Positions 49,258 to 60,163 of a DNA stretch of 64,000 nucleotides are shown here, one piece after another; the stretch's first letter is position 1; the number at the start of each line of letters is the position of its first letter. The stretch lies in assembly GCF_904830955.1 (NCBI RefSeq), contig NZ_LR882970.1, one strand, 5' to 3'. The stretch comes from Planktothrix tepida (lineage in GTDB: Bacteria; Cyanobacteriota; Cyanobacteriia; Cyanobacteriales; Microcoleaceae). The position numbers and the translations under genes were made by a program. A model generated the notes under the pieces. It was not told the origin of the DNA. It saw only the letters and a program-made list of their open reading frames with translations, and did not search any database.

Positions 49258-50129
49258 CAGCTTTTCTTCAGCTTTCTGGCTTTATAAAACGTTTCCAAAC
49301 TCTGGCGATCTCCGACAAACCGCCAATGCCAAGGTTCATAACTCACCCCTTGGGGATTATCTTTAGGAAAGGATAACTCAAAACTATAAAAAGCGGCATT
49401 ATCTTTTAACCATTGAAAAGCTTGAGTTTGTTCAAAACTGACATTTAAGTTCGTTGAGGGCATATTTCCATCGCCAATATCAATGGCATAACCCGTATGA
49501 TGTTCACTATATCCCGGAGGCGCGCTTACCTCTGCGCGTTTGGTTGCGACTTGTCCCCGTTGCGCTTTGACTTCAAAAAAGATTCCTTCCTGTTCTTTAA
49601 CCGTGCGAAAACTGGAAATCGGAACTAAACTCACCCCACTGGCTAAAGCCGCTTGCTCCATTTGCTGATAAGCTTGGGCGGCTGCTTTGCGTAACCGATG
49701 ACTCCCATCGGGGGTAATACTTTCTAACTCTGCGGCGGGAGCTTCTTCGTAGGGGAGATGGCCCAATAAATTGTCCGGTAAGCTTGGGGAGGCTGTTGGG
49801 GACGCGGCGGCGCTTGGAGTTGCTGAAGCAGTGGGAGTAGGTGAAGGGGAAGAAGCCGTAGAACTCTTGGGTTCTGGGGTGGGTTCTAACAGAGGAATAT
49901 AAGCTTTAGGAGAGAGAATTCCAAATTGATAATTAATGGCTAAAGCCGTACAGAATGCAACGACGGCTAACCCCAACATTTTCCAGAAGAGTCCGGGTCT
50001 GGGGGACGGTCGGGAGGAAGCCACGGTCACAACGGGGAGATCTCGTATCGCCTCTGGAATCTCTTCTGTTGATCCATCCACGACAGTTTCGGCTTGTTTA
50101 GGCAGACTAGAATTCTTCAACGGCTTCAC
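49257..50129 (-). CDS. D-alanyl-D-alanine carboxypeptidase, peptidase M15B (VanY-like)
   Basis: SEHHTGYAIDI and EPWHWRF motifs; N-terminal TM, Ser/Pro/Thr-rich linker. Confidence 0.8.
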   Translation of the reverse strand: MKPLKNSSLPKQAETVVDGSTEEIPEAIRDLPVVTVASSRPSPRPGLFWKMLGLAVVAFCTALAINYQFGILSPKAYIPLLEPTPEPKSSTASSPSPTPTASATPSAAASPTASPSLPDNLLGHLPYEEAPAAELESITPDGSHRLRKAAAQAYQQMEQAALASGVSLVPISSFRTVKEQEGIFFEVKAQRGQVATKRAEVSAPPGYSEHHTGYAIDIGDGNMPSTNLNVSFEQTQAFQWLKDNAAFYSFELSFPKDNPQGVSYEPWHWRFVGDRQSLETFYKARKLKKS

Positions 50130-50222
50130 TCCTGCACATCCATTAAAGGCTGAATTTTATAATACTTCATGTTGACGGCTAACCGTCAACCGTTCATGCT
50201 CAACAGTCAACACCTAATCTTT

Positions 50223-51164
50223 ATGTCTCATTCTGTAACTCAACTTCTAACACTTTATGAATGGCTAATAGGTGGCGTTTTAATCGGATGGATTTTAGGT
50301 CGGAAATTACCCGCTATTGTTCCCTATTATTTAGGAAAAATTTTATATTGGGCAATTGTTCCGATCGCAATTATGGCATTTTTAAGAAAAGCGGATTTAT
50401 CCGGTTCGATTTGGATTGCTCCCTTAGTGGCTTGGGCTGCTATTTTCCTCGGTGCTGGATTAGCTTGGATGGGGTTACATTGGCAAAGCCGTATTCCTAA
50501 ATTCAATATTTTACCCCAATCTTTACCTGCTCAAGGCAGTTTTTTATTAGCTTCAATGGTGGGGAATACGGGATATATTGGTTTTCCGGTTAGTTTAGCC
50601 TTAGTCGGCCCCCAATATTTCGGTTGGGCGGTGTTTTATGATGGACTAGGAACGGTCATTGGCGCCTATGGATTAGGCGTGGCTTTAGCGGCAAGATTTG
50701 GAATGGGAAAACAAGACCCTTGGCAATTAGTTGCAGTATCATTAACGAACCCGGCTTTAATTAGTATGGTGATCGGTTTAATGGTACGAAATATTCCGGT
50801 AGCTGATCCGATTGAACAGGGATTAAAGGGAATTGCTTGGGGTAGTGTTGCGTTAACATTAGTCTTGATGGGAATGCGTTTAAGTCAGCTTCATTCTTGG
50901 CGCTATTTTCAAACTGCCTCTGTAAGTTTAGGAATTAAAATGTTAATTGTACCTTTGGCATTAGGCTATGGATTAATGCTATTGGGATTAACCGGATCTC
51001 CTTTATTAGTTTTAGTGCTTCAAATGGCAACTCCTCCCGCTTTTGCAACCTTAGTTTTAGCTGAAGCCTTTAATTTAGATCGGGAATTAGCGGTTACAAA
51101 TTTAGCGATGGGTTCTACACTCTTATTATTAACCTTACCTCTGTGGTTATTTTTATTTGGTTAA
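50223..51164 (+). CDS. AEC (auxin efflux carrier) family transporter
   Basis: 10 TM, two-repeat architecture; start uncertain (50169/50196/50223). Confidence 0.65.
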   Translation: MSHSVTQLLTLYEWLIGGVLIGWILGRKLPAIVPYYLGKILYWAIVPIAIMAFLRKADLSGSIWIAPLVAWAAIFLGAGLAWMGLHWQSRIPKFNILPQSLPAQGSFLLASMVGNTGYIGFPVSLALVGPQYFGWAVFYDGLGTVIGAYGLGVALAARFGMGKQDPWQLVAVSLTNPALISMVIGLMVRNIPVADPIEQGLKGIAWGSVALTLVLMGMRLSQLHSWRYFQTASVSLGIKMLIVPLALGYGLMLLGLTGSPLLVLVLQMATPPAFATLVLAEAFNLDRELAVTNLAMGSTLLLLTLPLWLFLFG

Positions 51165-51488
51165 TAAAATTTAGAATGGGGGTTTCTTACTGGGCTTTGG
51201 TCTGTCCCCAATACTCGATATAAGAAGTAAAATTTAATCTAAAGTTCTGGAAGCACTAAGCTGAAAAAGCCTATGGAGTGAGAGGATAACGTCACTGGAT
51301 CATCTGAAGTACGGGAGAACCTCTTTTGTAGTATTTTACTTTTACCTATTTCCTATCGAAATTGGGTTAAAGTAAAGTAATTTAAACTTTAACGAGAGTT
51401 TAACTTTTGTGGTATAAAGGCTAAGTAAGGTTAAAATCCCGTGCGTTCCTAACTAGGAATACCCATTTTCATATTTTGAATTGAGATC

Positions 51489-52598
51489 ATGTCGAAACCC
51501 AAAATTATTCAAATTGAACCCTGGATTGATGAAAGTGAACTGGTGCAACTTAAACGAGTGATTGAATCGACTTATCTGACCGAGCATAAAATTACCCAAG
51601 AATTTGAAGAAGGGATTAAAAGTTTAACGGGAGCAAAATATGCGATCGCTACATCCAATGGAACCACCGCGTTATATTGTGGATTAAAAGCATTAGGGAT
51701 TGGTTTTGGGGACGAAGTTTTGGTTCCTGATTTAACCTTTGTTGCGTCTTCTAATGCCATTATTATGACCGGAGCAACACCGATATTTTGTGATATTGAA
51801 AAAGATAACTTGGGTATAGATATTAGAGAAGCTGAAGCGTTAATAACTGAACGAACAAAAGCCATTATGCCTGTTCATTTATATGGACAAAGTGCAGACA
51901 TGGAAAAAATTATTGAGTTTGCTACTCGTCACCATTTAAAAGTTATTGAAGATGCCGCTCAATCGATTGGGGTACAGTTTAAAGGGGAGCATATTGGGCT
52001 TCGGGGAGATGTGAGTGCCATTTCTTTTTATGGGAATAAAACCATTACCTGTGGTGAAGGCGGCATTATTTTAACCAATAGTGATATTATTGCTCAATCC
52101 TGTCGTCGTCTTAAAAATCACGGTCGAGATCATCGGGGAACCTTTGTACATGAACATATTGGGTTTAACTTTTCGATTACGGAAATGCAATCTGCAATTG
52201 GAGTTGCTCAGTTACAAAAATTACCTGCCATTATTCAACGCAAACAAGAGATTTATGATCGCTATGTAGCCGGACTAAAAGATATTCCTGAACTGCAAAT
52301 TATGCCAATTGATTCGCGTTGCGAACCTGTTCATTGGTTTACCTCCTGTTATACCAATCAACGGGCTGAATTAGCCGATTATTTAGCGGAAAATGGCATT
52401 CAAACGCGGCGATTTTTCTGTCCATTACATTTACAACCTTGTTATCAAAATCAAGAATGGATGAATCCTGAGCGAAATTATCCTATTAGTGCCCAAGCTT
52501 ATGAACGGGGCATTTCTTTACCTTCATCTTATGGATTGAAACCGGAAGAACAAAATTATGTGATTGAAAAGATCCGTGAATTTTATTCGGGATCATGA
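51489..52598 (+). CDS. DegT/DnrJ/EryC1/StrS-family PLP-dependent sugar aminotransferase
   Basis: AIATSNGTTAL, DEVLVP, FYGNKTITCGEGG lysine region. Confidence 0.85.
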   Translation: MSKPKIIQIEPWIDESELVQLKRVIESTYLTEHKITQEFEEGIKSLTGAKYAIATSNGTTALYCGLKALGIGFGDEVLVPDLTFVASSNAIIMTGATPIFCDIEKDNLGIDIREAEALITERTKAIMPVHLYGQSADMEKIIEFATRHHLKVIEDAAQSIGVQFKGEHIGLRGDVSAISFYGNKTITCGEGGIILTNSDIIAQSCRRLKNHGRDHRGTFVHEHIGFNFSITEMQSAIGVAQLQKLPAIIQRKQEIYDRYVAGLKDIPELQIMPIDSRCEPVHWFTSCYTNQRAELADYLAENGIQTRRFFCPLHLQPCYQNQEWMNPERNYPISAQAYERGISLPSSYGLKPEEQNYVIEKIREFYSGS

Positions 52599-53542
52599 AG
52601 GATTATCTTCAATCTTTAGAGGCGGTTATTAATCAATTAACTGGGATTTCTCAAGGGGAAAAACTCGCTCAAGCCTTGATCAAGGATGACAGTTTGATTG
52701 ATTGGGTAACACCGCAACAAGTCGAAAATATTACTCAAATTCAGGTAACAGCAGGTTATGGCCCGCAAAATTTAGAGGGAGAACTGATTGATACGGATTT
52801 TGACACCTATTTAAAAACGGTAATTCAGCCTCAAATTAGCAACGGGATCATCACTGATGGTACTAATCCTAACGACTATGATGATCGTAAAATTCGCTGG
52901 TCAGGAGGTGAGATTGCGGGTTATTGGAAACGAGAAGAAGAACGGCTAATCTTAGAGGTGGGGCCAACGACTTATCCCCGTTATCATCAAGATTGTTCTC
53001 GGTCTAAACTAGAAGCGTTAAAATTAATGTTGAAGGGGTTACAAATTTATCAAGATCCCTTTGTTTATTTTGCTAGGGCTTTAGCGGTTACTGTGATTCC
53101 CATTACCGCCCAAGGTACGGTTTATATTGGGGAACGTGTTGGCAATATTGATCGTCCTGGGTTCCTTAATTTTGTAGCAGGTTTGGCGACATTTAACGAA
53201 CAAATTGAGCAGATTAATTTTTATCAAGATGCTCAACGAGAATTAAAAGAAGAAGCCAGGATTGATTTGCCATTAGATAAAAGTAATACTCGTTTAATTG
53301 GGATGGCGGGAAATCCATTTACCAGCGAAACCGATTTAGTTTTTGCTGTGAATACGGGGATAGATGAAAATCATTTTAAATCTCAGGGTTGGGAAGAACA
53401 TTTAAGCTTTGTTCGTTTAAGTAATAAAACTGAGGCGGAAAATTTACTCTATGAGGGAATTTTACCCGGACAAAACGATAAAAAAGAAATAATTTATGCG
53501 TCTCGTTTCGCTTTGAAATATCTGATTGATGATCATTTTTAA
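52595..53542 (+). CDS. hypothetical protein, possibly divergent Nudix-like fold
   Basis: start overlaps DegT stop (ATGA); RELKEEARI resembles Nudix-box REx2EE core; weak. Confidence 0.5.
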   Translation: MKDYLQSLEAVINQLTGISQGEKLAQALIKDDSLIDWVTPQQVENITQIQVTAGYGPQNLEGELIDTDFDTYLKTVIQPQISNGIITDGTNPNDYDDRKIRWSGGEIAGYWKREEERLILEVGPTTYPRYHQDCSRSKLEALKLMLKGLQIYQDPFVYFARALAVTVIPITAQGTVYIGERVGNIDRPGFLNFVAGLATFNEQIEQINFYQDAQRELKEEARIDLPLDKSNTRLIGMAGNPFTSETDLVFAVNTGIDENHFKSQGWEEHLSFVRLSNKTEAENLLYEGILPGQNDKKEIIYASRFALKYLIDDHF

Positions 53543-53877
53543 CTTTTCTCAGCCCCTTGACCCGTTTTAGCAATATAAATTCCCAGGAGAATCAGGATAA
53601 AAGCTAGACAGTTAACGATTCCTAAATGTTCAGCAAAGATTATCCAAGCTAAAATCGCGGTAATCACAGGTTCTAAGAGCAAAAATACAGTCACAAATCC
53701 AAAAGATAGGCAAAATAAAGCAATAAATAATAAAATTAAATTCAGGGGTTTGGTTAGAACATTAGGCAGCTTTTGTTCTAGTAATATTATTTTGCTGGTG
53801 GTCATCAAAGTAGAGTTTGAGGAAAGGAGAAAATGGGCATAATCTGGGTTAATAACGTCTAGGACTGCTGAGATCAC
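53539..53877 (-). CDS. EamA-domain membrane protein fragment (single DMT repeat, likely truncated)
   Basis: PVITAILAWIIFAEHLGIVNCLAFILILLGIYIA typical EamA C-terminal helix pair; only ~4 TM. Confidence 0.4.
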   Translation of the reverse strand: MISAVLDVINPDYAHFLLSSNSTLMTTSKIILLEQKLPNVLTKPLNLILLFIALFCLSFGFVTVFLLLEPVITAILAWIIFAEHLGIVNCLAFILILLGIYIAKTGQGAEKS

Positions 53878-54009
53878 GATTCTGTCATGATTTATTAAGA
53901 TTAACTCCGATCAGCAGAAAATAACCGAGTTTACGTTTTTTTCATTATATGCTAAAATTCTATTCTTAGCAATCCAACCATTAAACCATAGGGACTTAAA
54001 GATAAGACA

Positions 54010-54603
54010 ATGACATCTATTGAATTTCTCTCACCCATCTTCTCCGTTGCTAACTTACCCCTTTTAAGCCAATTAGATGCTTTACCTTCTATCTCGTCTA
54101 ACTGGCTATTTCTCGTGGTTGTAGTCGTTCTGGTTTTACTGGTTTATTTTTTAAATAAAAATCAAGTAAAAGCCGTTCAAAATATCTCTGAACAAGCTCT
54201 ACAAATTCAAAGTAAAGTTATCGATCAGGTTCAAGACCAGACTACAGAAATGGCTGCTGTGGCTCAAGAAAAAATCAATCTAATTCTTGAGGAATATCAA
54301 AAATTTCTCCCTTATGCAGAACAATTGGGATTGAAAGTAGATAGTTTTAGTATTGAAGCTGGAGTTTTGCCACAAATTAAAACTTCTTTGCGAGGATCGA
54401 TTGATAACATCAAAAATGAGATGATTGAAAAGATTAAGTTAGAAAACAGCAATAATAAATTGTTGGTTGCTGTTCTCAACGCTATTTTATTAGCGAAGAA
54501 ATGTAATGATAAGCTGGAAAGCGTTTATATTTCGATTTTTAAAGATATCATTATTGATATCAAATTAGGGCTGCCTCCTGCTATTTCCGTTCGGTTTCAA
54601 TAG
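54010..54603 (+). CDS. hypothetical protein with N-terminal TM
   Basis: 197-aa ORF. Confidence 0.5.
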   Translation: MTSIEFLSPIFSVANLPLLSQLDALPSISSNWLFLVVVVVLVLLVYFLNKNQVKAVQNISEQALQIQSKVIDQVQDQTTEMAAVAQEKINLILEEYQKFLPYAEQLGLKVDSFSIEAGVLPQIKTSLRGSIDNIKNEMIEKIKLENSNNKLLVAVLNAILLAKKCNDKLESVYISIFKDIIIDIKLGLPPAISVRFQ

Positions 54604-54649
54604 GGCTAATCCGTTAACTCTCCCTGAGATAACACTCACCATCTAGGTT

Positions 54650-55414
54650 TTAGGGAGAGTTAGTAATCCTGATCTTGTTTGTTGTCGCCAACAGTAAGAT
54701 TGATACTCCAAAGGGAAGAGATACCCGATTAATTAAATGACGCTCAAACCCAAATAATAACGTTAATATTTTATTAATCAATAGGGGAGGTAAAGCTTGT
54801 TCATTCCCGCCTTTATTCAATAAATTTTGCAGCCGTCCGACTCCAGCAATTAAAGGAAATAAGATAAAATTAAAATAATTAACAGTATTAATTTTATATC
54901 CGGCAGAACTGACAATGAAACGTAAATTTTCTAACGTGTATCTGCGTTTATGATGAAGCAATTCATCTCGTTTAGTCCACAGCCAAGGAAAGGCTGGAAC
55001 TGTAATTAATAAATAGCCAGAGGGTTTAAGTTTTGTCGATAAGGCTTGTAAAGAAGCTTGATCTTCTTGCAAATGTTCCAAAACATCTAACAACACGATG
55101 AGATCAAACTTTTGATCAGGAAAGGGAAGATGATTCGGTAAACAACCGGGTTCAATTTTTCCGATTTGAAGGGTACTGGCAAAAGTTCGGGCATCCTCAT
55201 CTAATTCCATCCCATAAACTTGTCCATAACGACTGAGTAACGCTAAATTGCCGCCCGTCCCACACCCCGCTTCAAAAATTTCGGCATCTTTCGGTAAATT
55301 TAATCTTTTCAGCACTTGTTCAATAATAGAGCGACGGGCTACAAACCACCAATGTTTGTCTTCGACCTCCATCATTTCTTGATACATTTGAGATTCCATT
55401 TCTACATCCCCCAT
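54650..55414 (-). CDS. class I SAM-dependent methyltransferase
   Basis: IFEAGCGTGGNLALL motif I. Confidence 0.8.
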   Translation of the reverse strand: MGDVEMESQMYQEMMEVEDKHWWFVARRSIIEQVLKRLNLPKDAEIFEAGCGTGGNLALLSRYGQVYGMELDEDARTFASTLQIGKIEPGCLPNHLPFPDQKFDLIVLLDVLEHLQEDQASLQALSTKLKPSGYLLITVPAFPWLWTKRDELLHHKRRYTLENLRFIVSSAGYKINTVNYFNFILFPLIAGVGRLQNLLNKGGNEQALPPLLINKILTLLFGFERHLINRVSLPFGVSILLLATTNKIRITNSP

Positions 55415-55432
55415 TGAGGTTAAAACTTGTAC

Positions 55433-57256
55433 TTATTGTACTAATACTTGTTGCTCAACTTTGCTATTAGAATCTTCGGGTGTTTCTGGCAGAAAACCAT
55501 TAGATTGTAAAGCATAGAGGACGCGATAATGGCTATTAGAATTAGCTAATAAAGTTTCTTGGCTTCCTTCCTCAATAATCTTACCCTGAGAAAAAACTAA
55601 AATACGGTCAACGGCTTGGATCGTAGAAAGTCTATGGGCAATAATAATTGTTGTGCGCCCCGCCATCAGATTATTAAGTGCTTTTTGAATCAGAATTTCG
55701 GAAACAGAATCTAAACTACTGGTGGCTTCATCCAGAATCAGAATAGGGGAATTGATCAAAATGGCGCGAGCGATCGCAATTCGTTGGTGCTCACCCCCGG
55801 AAAGTTTAGTTCCCCGCTCACCCACTTGGGTTTCATAACCCTCCGGTAGGCCCATAATAAAGTCATGAGCATAAGCTTGGCGGGCGGCTTGTTCAATTTC
55901 ATCTTGTGTCGCATCCGGTTTACCATAACCAATATTTTCCGCAATCGAGCGATGGAATAGAATGGGCTCTTGGGGCACAACGGCGATCGCAGACCGTAAA
56001 CTTTGCTTGGTTATATTTTGAATATTCTGACCATCAATGGTGATCTGACCATTTTCGATATCGTAGAGGCGCTGAAGTAATTTCATAAAGGTACTTTTGC
56101 CACTTCCTGAATGTCCCACCAAAGCCACTTTTTCACCCCCAGCAATGGTGACAGACAAATTTTCATAGATGGGTGTGGTTTGATTTTTATACCGAAATGT
56201 CACCTGATCAAACGCAATTGATCCGTCCTTAATTTCTAACGCAACGGCTTCTGGACTGTCTACAATTTGGGCATCGACTTCATCCAAATTGATCAATCCT
56301 TGAAGATCAATCATGGATTTTTGTAGCAAGCGAAGATCATTTCCAACGGTGGTCATTTGACCTTGCGCCATCTGAAAACTGGTGAGAATAGTAATCACAT
56401 CCCCAGGGGTGCGAATGCCTTTAAACCATAACCAAATGGAAAGACCAATAATGACCACTTCCATCACCCAAAGTAAAAGATTTTGGGCTGAAAAAGCCGT
56501 TTCAATTCGCCACCACACTCGTTGACTTTTATCTCGCCAGGTTTCTGCTATTTCTTCAAATTTTTGGCTTTCATAATCTTCGGTAGCAAAAAACTTAACC
56601 ACACTGTTACAGATAACAACATCCGATAAACTACCATTGAGATCCGTATCTATTTGATTAAATTCTTCAAAACCTTGAGCTAAATAATGAGTTGATAAAT
56701 TATAAGTGACCAACAAGAATAATCCGAAACCTACAAATCCAGTTACTCCAATCCAAAAACCATTAATAAAAAAAATAACAATTAAAGAAACCATCATCAA
56801 GAGGCTGGGATAAACTGACATCGATAAGGTATTACTTAACTGGTCAAATCCCCAAATTCCTCGGTTAATATTTCTAATCACACTCCCAGAAAAATTATCA
56901 ATATGCCATTCTGTACTGAAATGTTGGACTTTATCAAAAGATTCAGTGATAATTTTCTTCATCACTTGTGTCGCCGTATTACTTAGCACCGCAGCCGCAC
57001 CAATTCGGCAAAGATAAGAAGTAAGTTTAGCTGCACCTAGATACGCACAAATAAAGACGGGTACTGTCCATGTCTCTATGGAATAACTAAAACTATTAAC
57101 TAACTTCCCCGTCAAAACCGGAACTAACGCTTGTAAAATTGTCTGAACTGTCATCAAAAACAGCAACAATAAAATAGCATAGCGATATTCAGAACAGTAA
57201 CGCCAAATAAACTTTAAAGTTAAGACAAAACTAGATTTTAAAGGTTGATTTTCCAT
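55433..57256 (-). CDS. ABC transporter, fused permease/ATP-binding exporter (MsbA/type I exporter-like)
   Basis: 6 TM N-terminal domain; Walker A GHSGSGKST, signature LSGGEHQR, Walker B ILILDEAT. Confidence 0.9.
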   Translation of the reverse strand: MENQPLKSSFVLTLKFIWRYCSEYRYAILLLLFLMTVQTILQALVPVLTGKLVNSFSYSIETWTVPVFICAYLGAAKLTSYLCRIGAAAVLSNTATQVMKKIITESFDKVQHFSTEWHIDNFSGSVIRNINRGIWGFDQLSNTLSMSVYPSLLMMVSLIVIFFINGFWIGVTGFVGFGLFLLVTYNLSTHYLAQGFEEFNQIDTDLNGSLSDVVICNSVVKFFATEDYESQKFEEIAETWRDKSQRVWWRIETAFSAQNLLLWVMEVVIIGLSIWLWFKGIRTPGDVITILTSFQMAQGQMTTVGNDLRLLQKSMIDLQGLINLDEVDAQIVDSPEAVALEIKDGSIAFDQVTFRYKNQTTPIYENLSVTIAGGEKVALVGHSGSGKSTFMKLLQRLYDIENGQITIDGQNIQNITKQSLRSAIAVVPQEPILFHRSIAENIGYGKPDATQDEIEQAARQAYAHDFIMGLPEGYETQVGERGTKLSGGEHQRIAIARAILINSPILILDEATSSLDSVSEILIQKALNNLMAGRTTIIIAHRLSTIQAVDRILVFSQGKIIEEGSQETLLANSNSHYRVLYALQSNGFLPETPEDSNSKVEQQVLVQ

Positions 57257-57361
57257 TGGCTTTTCAAGATTGCTTACTGTTTTACAGTAACCTTAATATA
57301 TCATATTATAGATGATAGCATCAAGATTAAACCAGACAAAATTCTCTCAGGATCAGTCAAT

Positions 57362-58585
57362 ATGGGAATATTAAGGTTGTATTTAGCGTTATGCGTTGTA
57401 GCTGCTCATGTATCATTGGATATTAATCCTAATGGTTTAGAAAATCAATCCCATCTTGTATTTCCGTGGGTTATGCTTGATGGTGCTGAAGCCGTAGAAA
57501 TATTTTTTATGATTTCGGGTTTTTATATGGCAATGATTTTACCTAAATATTCTAATGTAGTCGAATTTTATTGGAGCAGATTTTTGCGGATTTTTATTCC
57601 CTATTGGTTAATTGGTAGCCTGATTATAACCGTTAGTTTAATATTCGGTATTGTGTGGGGAGAATGGTTAGAATTAGAGCCATTTGTCAATTTTTCCTTT
57701 TCAGACAATAGTATAGTTAATGTATTATTAATAAGTTTTGCAACTTTTTCTAATTTAATCATTTTATTTCAGAACTGGTTTATTGTTTTAAACTATGATT
57801 TACCTTCATCATTCGGTATTAGTCCTAATATTTTCGAGACTCAGTATCCTCTGGTTGAATATTTACTTGACCCTGTTGCCTGGTCAATGGCTATTGAATT
57901 AATATTTTATTTTTTAGCTCCACGCATCGTAAAATTCAGTAACAAAAAACTATTTCTATATTTGTTATTCTCTTTAACAATCCGTATTCTTTTCTATCAA
58001 TACATGGGATTTAACAATTGGCTTCATCATTTTTTTCTGTTTGCATTTTCATTGTTTGCCCTAGGAATTTTTAGCTTTAGGTTGTATTCAAGCTGGTTAA
58101 TTAAATTAAAAAATTTTCTACCTGAAAACTTACAAATTAGCAATCAATATTACATTCTATATTTTGGGTTCGTTTGGTTTATTCTTTGGCTGATAAACTT
58201 AGGGATCTTGCAAATCGGAAAACTGACTAATATGAATTATGCTTATTTGATTTCTCATTTAGGTTGGATGATAATCATTCCTCTATTATTTCATTTAACT
58301 CTTAACAATTCAATAGACAGATATATTGGAAATCTCTCCTATCCTATTTATTTGACCCATACAATATCAATTTATATTGGGCTAATAATAGTATCTCATT
58401 TTAAAATATCGATTCTTTGGTTAGGAACAATTAGTATATTACTGAGTCTTTTAGCTTCAGTTATTATCATTCATGTTTTAATTAATCCCTTAGAAAAGCA
58501 CAGGTATACATTAGCGAATATCCTATCTCAGAAAAAGCAAAGCGTGAGCCTTTATTTATTGAGTCTTTTTACGGTTAAGTATTGA
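57362..58585 (+). CDS. acyltransferase family 3 (OafA/YrhL-like O-acyltransferase) membrane protein
   Basis: N-terminal LRLYLALCVVAAHVS motif, 10+ TM; start at Met 57362 preferred (57245 overlaps divergent ABC gene); strongly AT-rich. Confidence 0.6.
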   Translation: MGILRLYLALCVVAAHVSLDINPNGLENQSHLVFPWVMLDGAEAVEIFFMISGFYMAMILPKYSNVVEFYWSRFLRIFIPYWLIGSLIITVSLIFGIVWGEWLELEPFVNFSFSDNSIVNVLLISFATFSNLIILFQNWFIVLNYDLPSSFGISPNIFETQYPLVEYLLDPVAWSMAIELIFYFLAPRIVKFSNKKLFLYLLFSLTIRILFYQYMGFNNWLHHFFLFAFSLFALGIFSFRLYSSWLIKLKNFLPENLQISNQYYILYFGFVWFILWLINLGILQIGKLTNMNYAYLISHLGWMIIIPLLFHLTLNNSIDRYIGNLSYPIYLTHTISIYIGLIIVSHFKISILWLGTISILLSLLASVIIIHVLINPLEKHRYTLANILSQKKQSVSLYLLSLFTVKY

Positions 58586-58662
58586 GTGGATATAGCAATC
58601 TTATTTAAGTTGTATCCAAAATTAGGATAAAATTTAGCAAAGTAGTTACAAATCCCACGGTT

Positions 58663-59907
58663 TTACCAATGTTCTTCCCGTTGAAGTTCCTTCCAAAAAT
58701 AGATCGGTTTGATTTGATGTAAAATTGGTAAGGCTGTCCTTAAAGCTGCTAGTTTTTCACCGTGATCGTATAGACAGAAGGCAAAATAAAATAAAGCATA
58801 ATTCCTAGCAATGCTTCGTTGTACAACAGCATCCTGTTGTAAATTCAGGTAGGGAGGAATATTATTTTTAGAAGAGATTGACGACTTAATTTGTGAGGGT
58901 TGAGCCGTTTTTTGATAGAGATCAAAATAAATTTTAGCTAAGTCTTTATAAGTATCTTTCCAAGTCCAATATTGGCGGATTTCTTGAAGTAAAGCTTGGG
59001 CTCTCTCTTGGGCAATATGAGGATTTTCCATATTATCCATGATCGCTTCTGCTATTTCTTGACTCTCGAATCCAGACAACAGTTTACCAAAGCCCGGTTT
59101 GGTTAAAAGTTCTGGAGCAATACCGACGGGAGTAGAGATAACAGGAATTCCGCAAGCCCCCGCTTCCAGAAGGGTTAACGGCCCTCCTTCGATGCGTGAG
59201 GTGATCAAATAAAGATCGAGTTGATGATAGTATTTCGGCACATCTTCTCGCGGTACACTAACTTTATAGGTGACGGGACAACCCAGATCTCTTAACACGG
59301 GGACTAAATTTTTCCATCCATAACCCATAATTAAAAAACTGGGTTTGTATCCCGACTCAACCATAATTTTTGCCGCTTCTAACAAGAGTCTACTGCCTTT
59401 GCGATCGCTTCGACTATTCGGGCGTTGAGTTCCGAAAAAACCAATTACAAAATGATCACGCGGCTTTTGATTGAGAATCGGAAAAAATACGTTTGTATCT
59501 ACTCCATTCAATAAAAGACTGGTGGTTGTTTTTCCTGATGTGATCTGTTGTACCTCTGATTCTAAAAATCTAGCAACATAAAATAAGTGGCTAACTAACT
59601 CTAAATGTTGGGGTATTTCTTTAAAGTTCCAATGGTGATAGCTACTAATAATGGGGCGAATATTAGCAGCTTTTTTAATCTGTTCATAGGAGAAGGATTG
59701 AACATCCAGAACAAAATGAACCAAGTCCACACATTCTAACATTTCAGGACAGGTATCCATCATTTCGATATATTGATTCATATAAACCCATAAAACTTCA
59801 ATGCCTTGAGGTTCTACAACCTTAATGGCTTCTACTGCTAATATTTCCAAACTACTATAAGGCAAGTTAATCACGAAAAGGATTCTCATAAATCTGTCTT
59901 TATTCAA
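58663..59907 (-). CDS. glycosyltransferase family 1 (GT4-type, retaining)
   Basis: EGGPLTLLEAGACGIPVISTPVGIAPE Glycos_transf_1 motif. Confidence 0.8.
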   Translation of the reverse strand: MNKDRFMRILFVINLPYSSLEILAVEAIKVVEPQGIEVLWVYMNQYIEMMDTCPEMLECVDLVHFVLDVQSFSYEQIKKAANIRPIISSYHHWNFKEIPQHLELVSHLFYVARFLESEVQQITSGKTTTSLLLNGVDTNVFFPILNQKPRDHFVIGFFGTQRPNSRSDRKGSRLLLEAAKIMVESGYKPSFLIMGYGWKNLVPVLRDLGCPVTYKVSVPREDVPKYYHQLDLYLITSRIEGGPLTLLEAGACGIPVISTPVGIAPELLTKPGFGKLLSGFESQEIAEAIMDNMENPHIAQERAQALLQEIRQYWTWKDTYKDLAKIYFDLYQKTAQPSQIKSSISSKNNIPPYLNLQQDAVVQRSIARNYALFYFAFCLYDHGEKLAALRTALPILHQIKPIYFWKELQREEHW

Positions 59908-60163
59908 TAAATTTAGGCAAAATTTATCTTAGCGGTTTTTTATCAAAAGTCAAGGTATGGGTCATTTTATAGAGAATCGAATTATATCCCAAAAGATGAA
60001 ATACCTGCTCATTTTCTGGGATCCCTCTCAAATGATCAATAAGAGTTACAATACTTTGGTATAATTGACTGACCAATAACAGCAAGAAAAGCGTATTGAG
60101 AAACGGAGTGACGACAGTTTACGCCCGTTGATTTAGATTCTTGCATCCAGAGAAAAAGGATTT

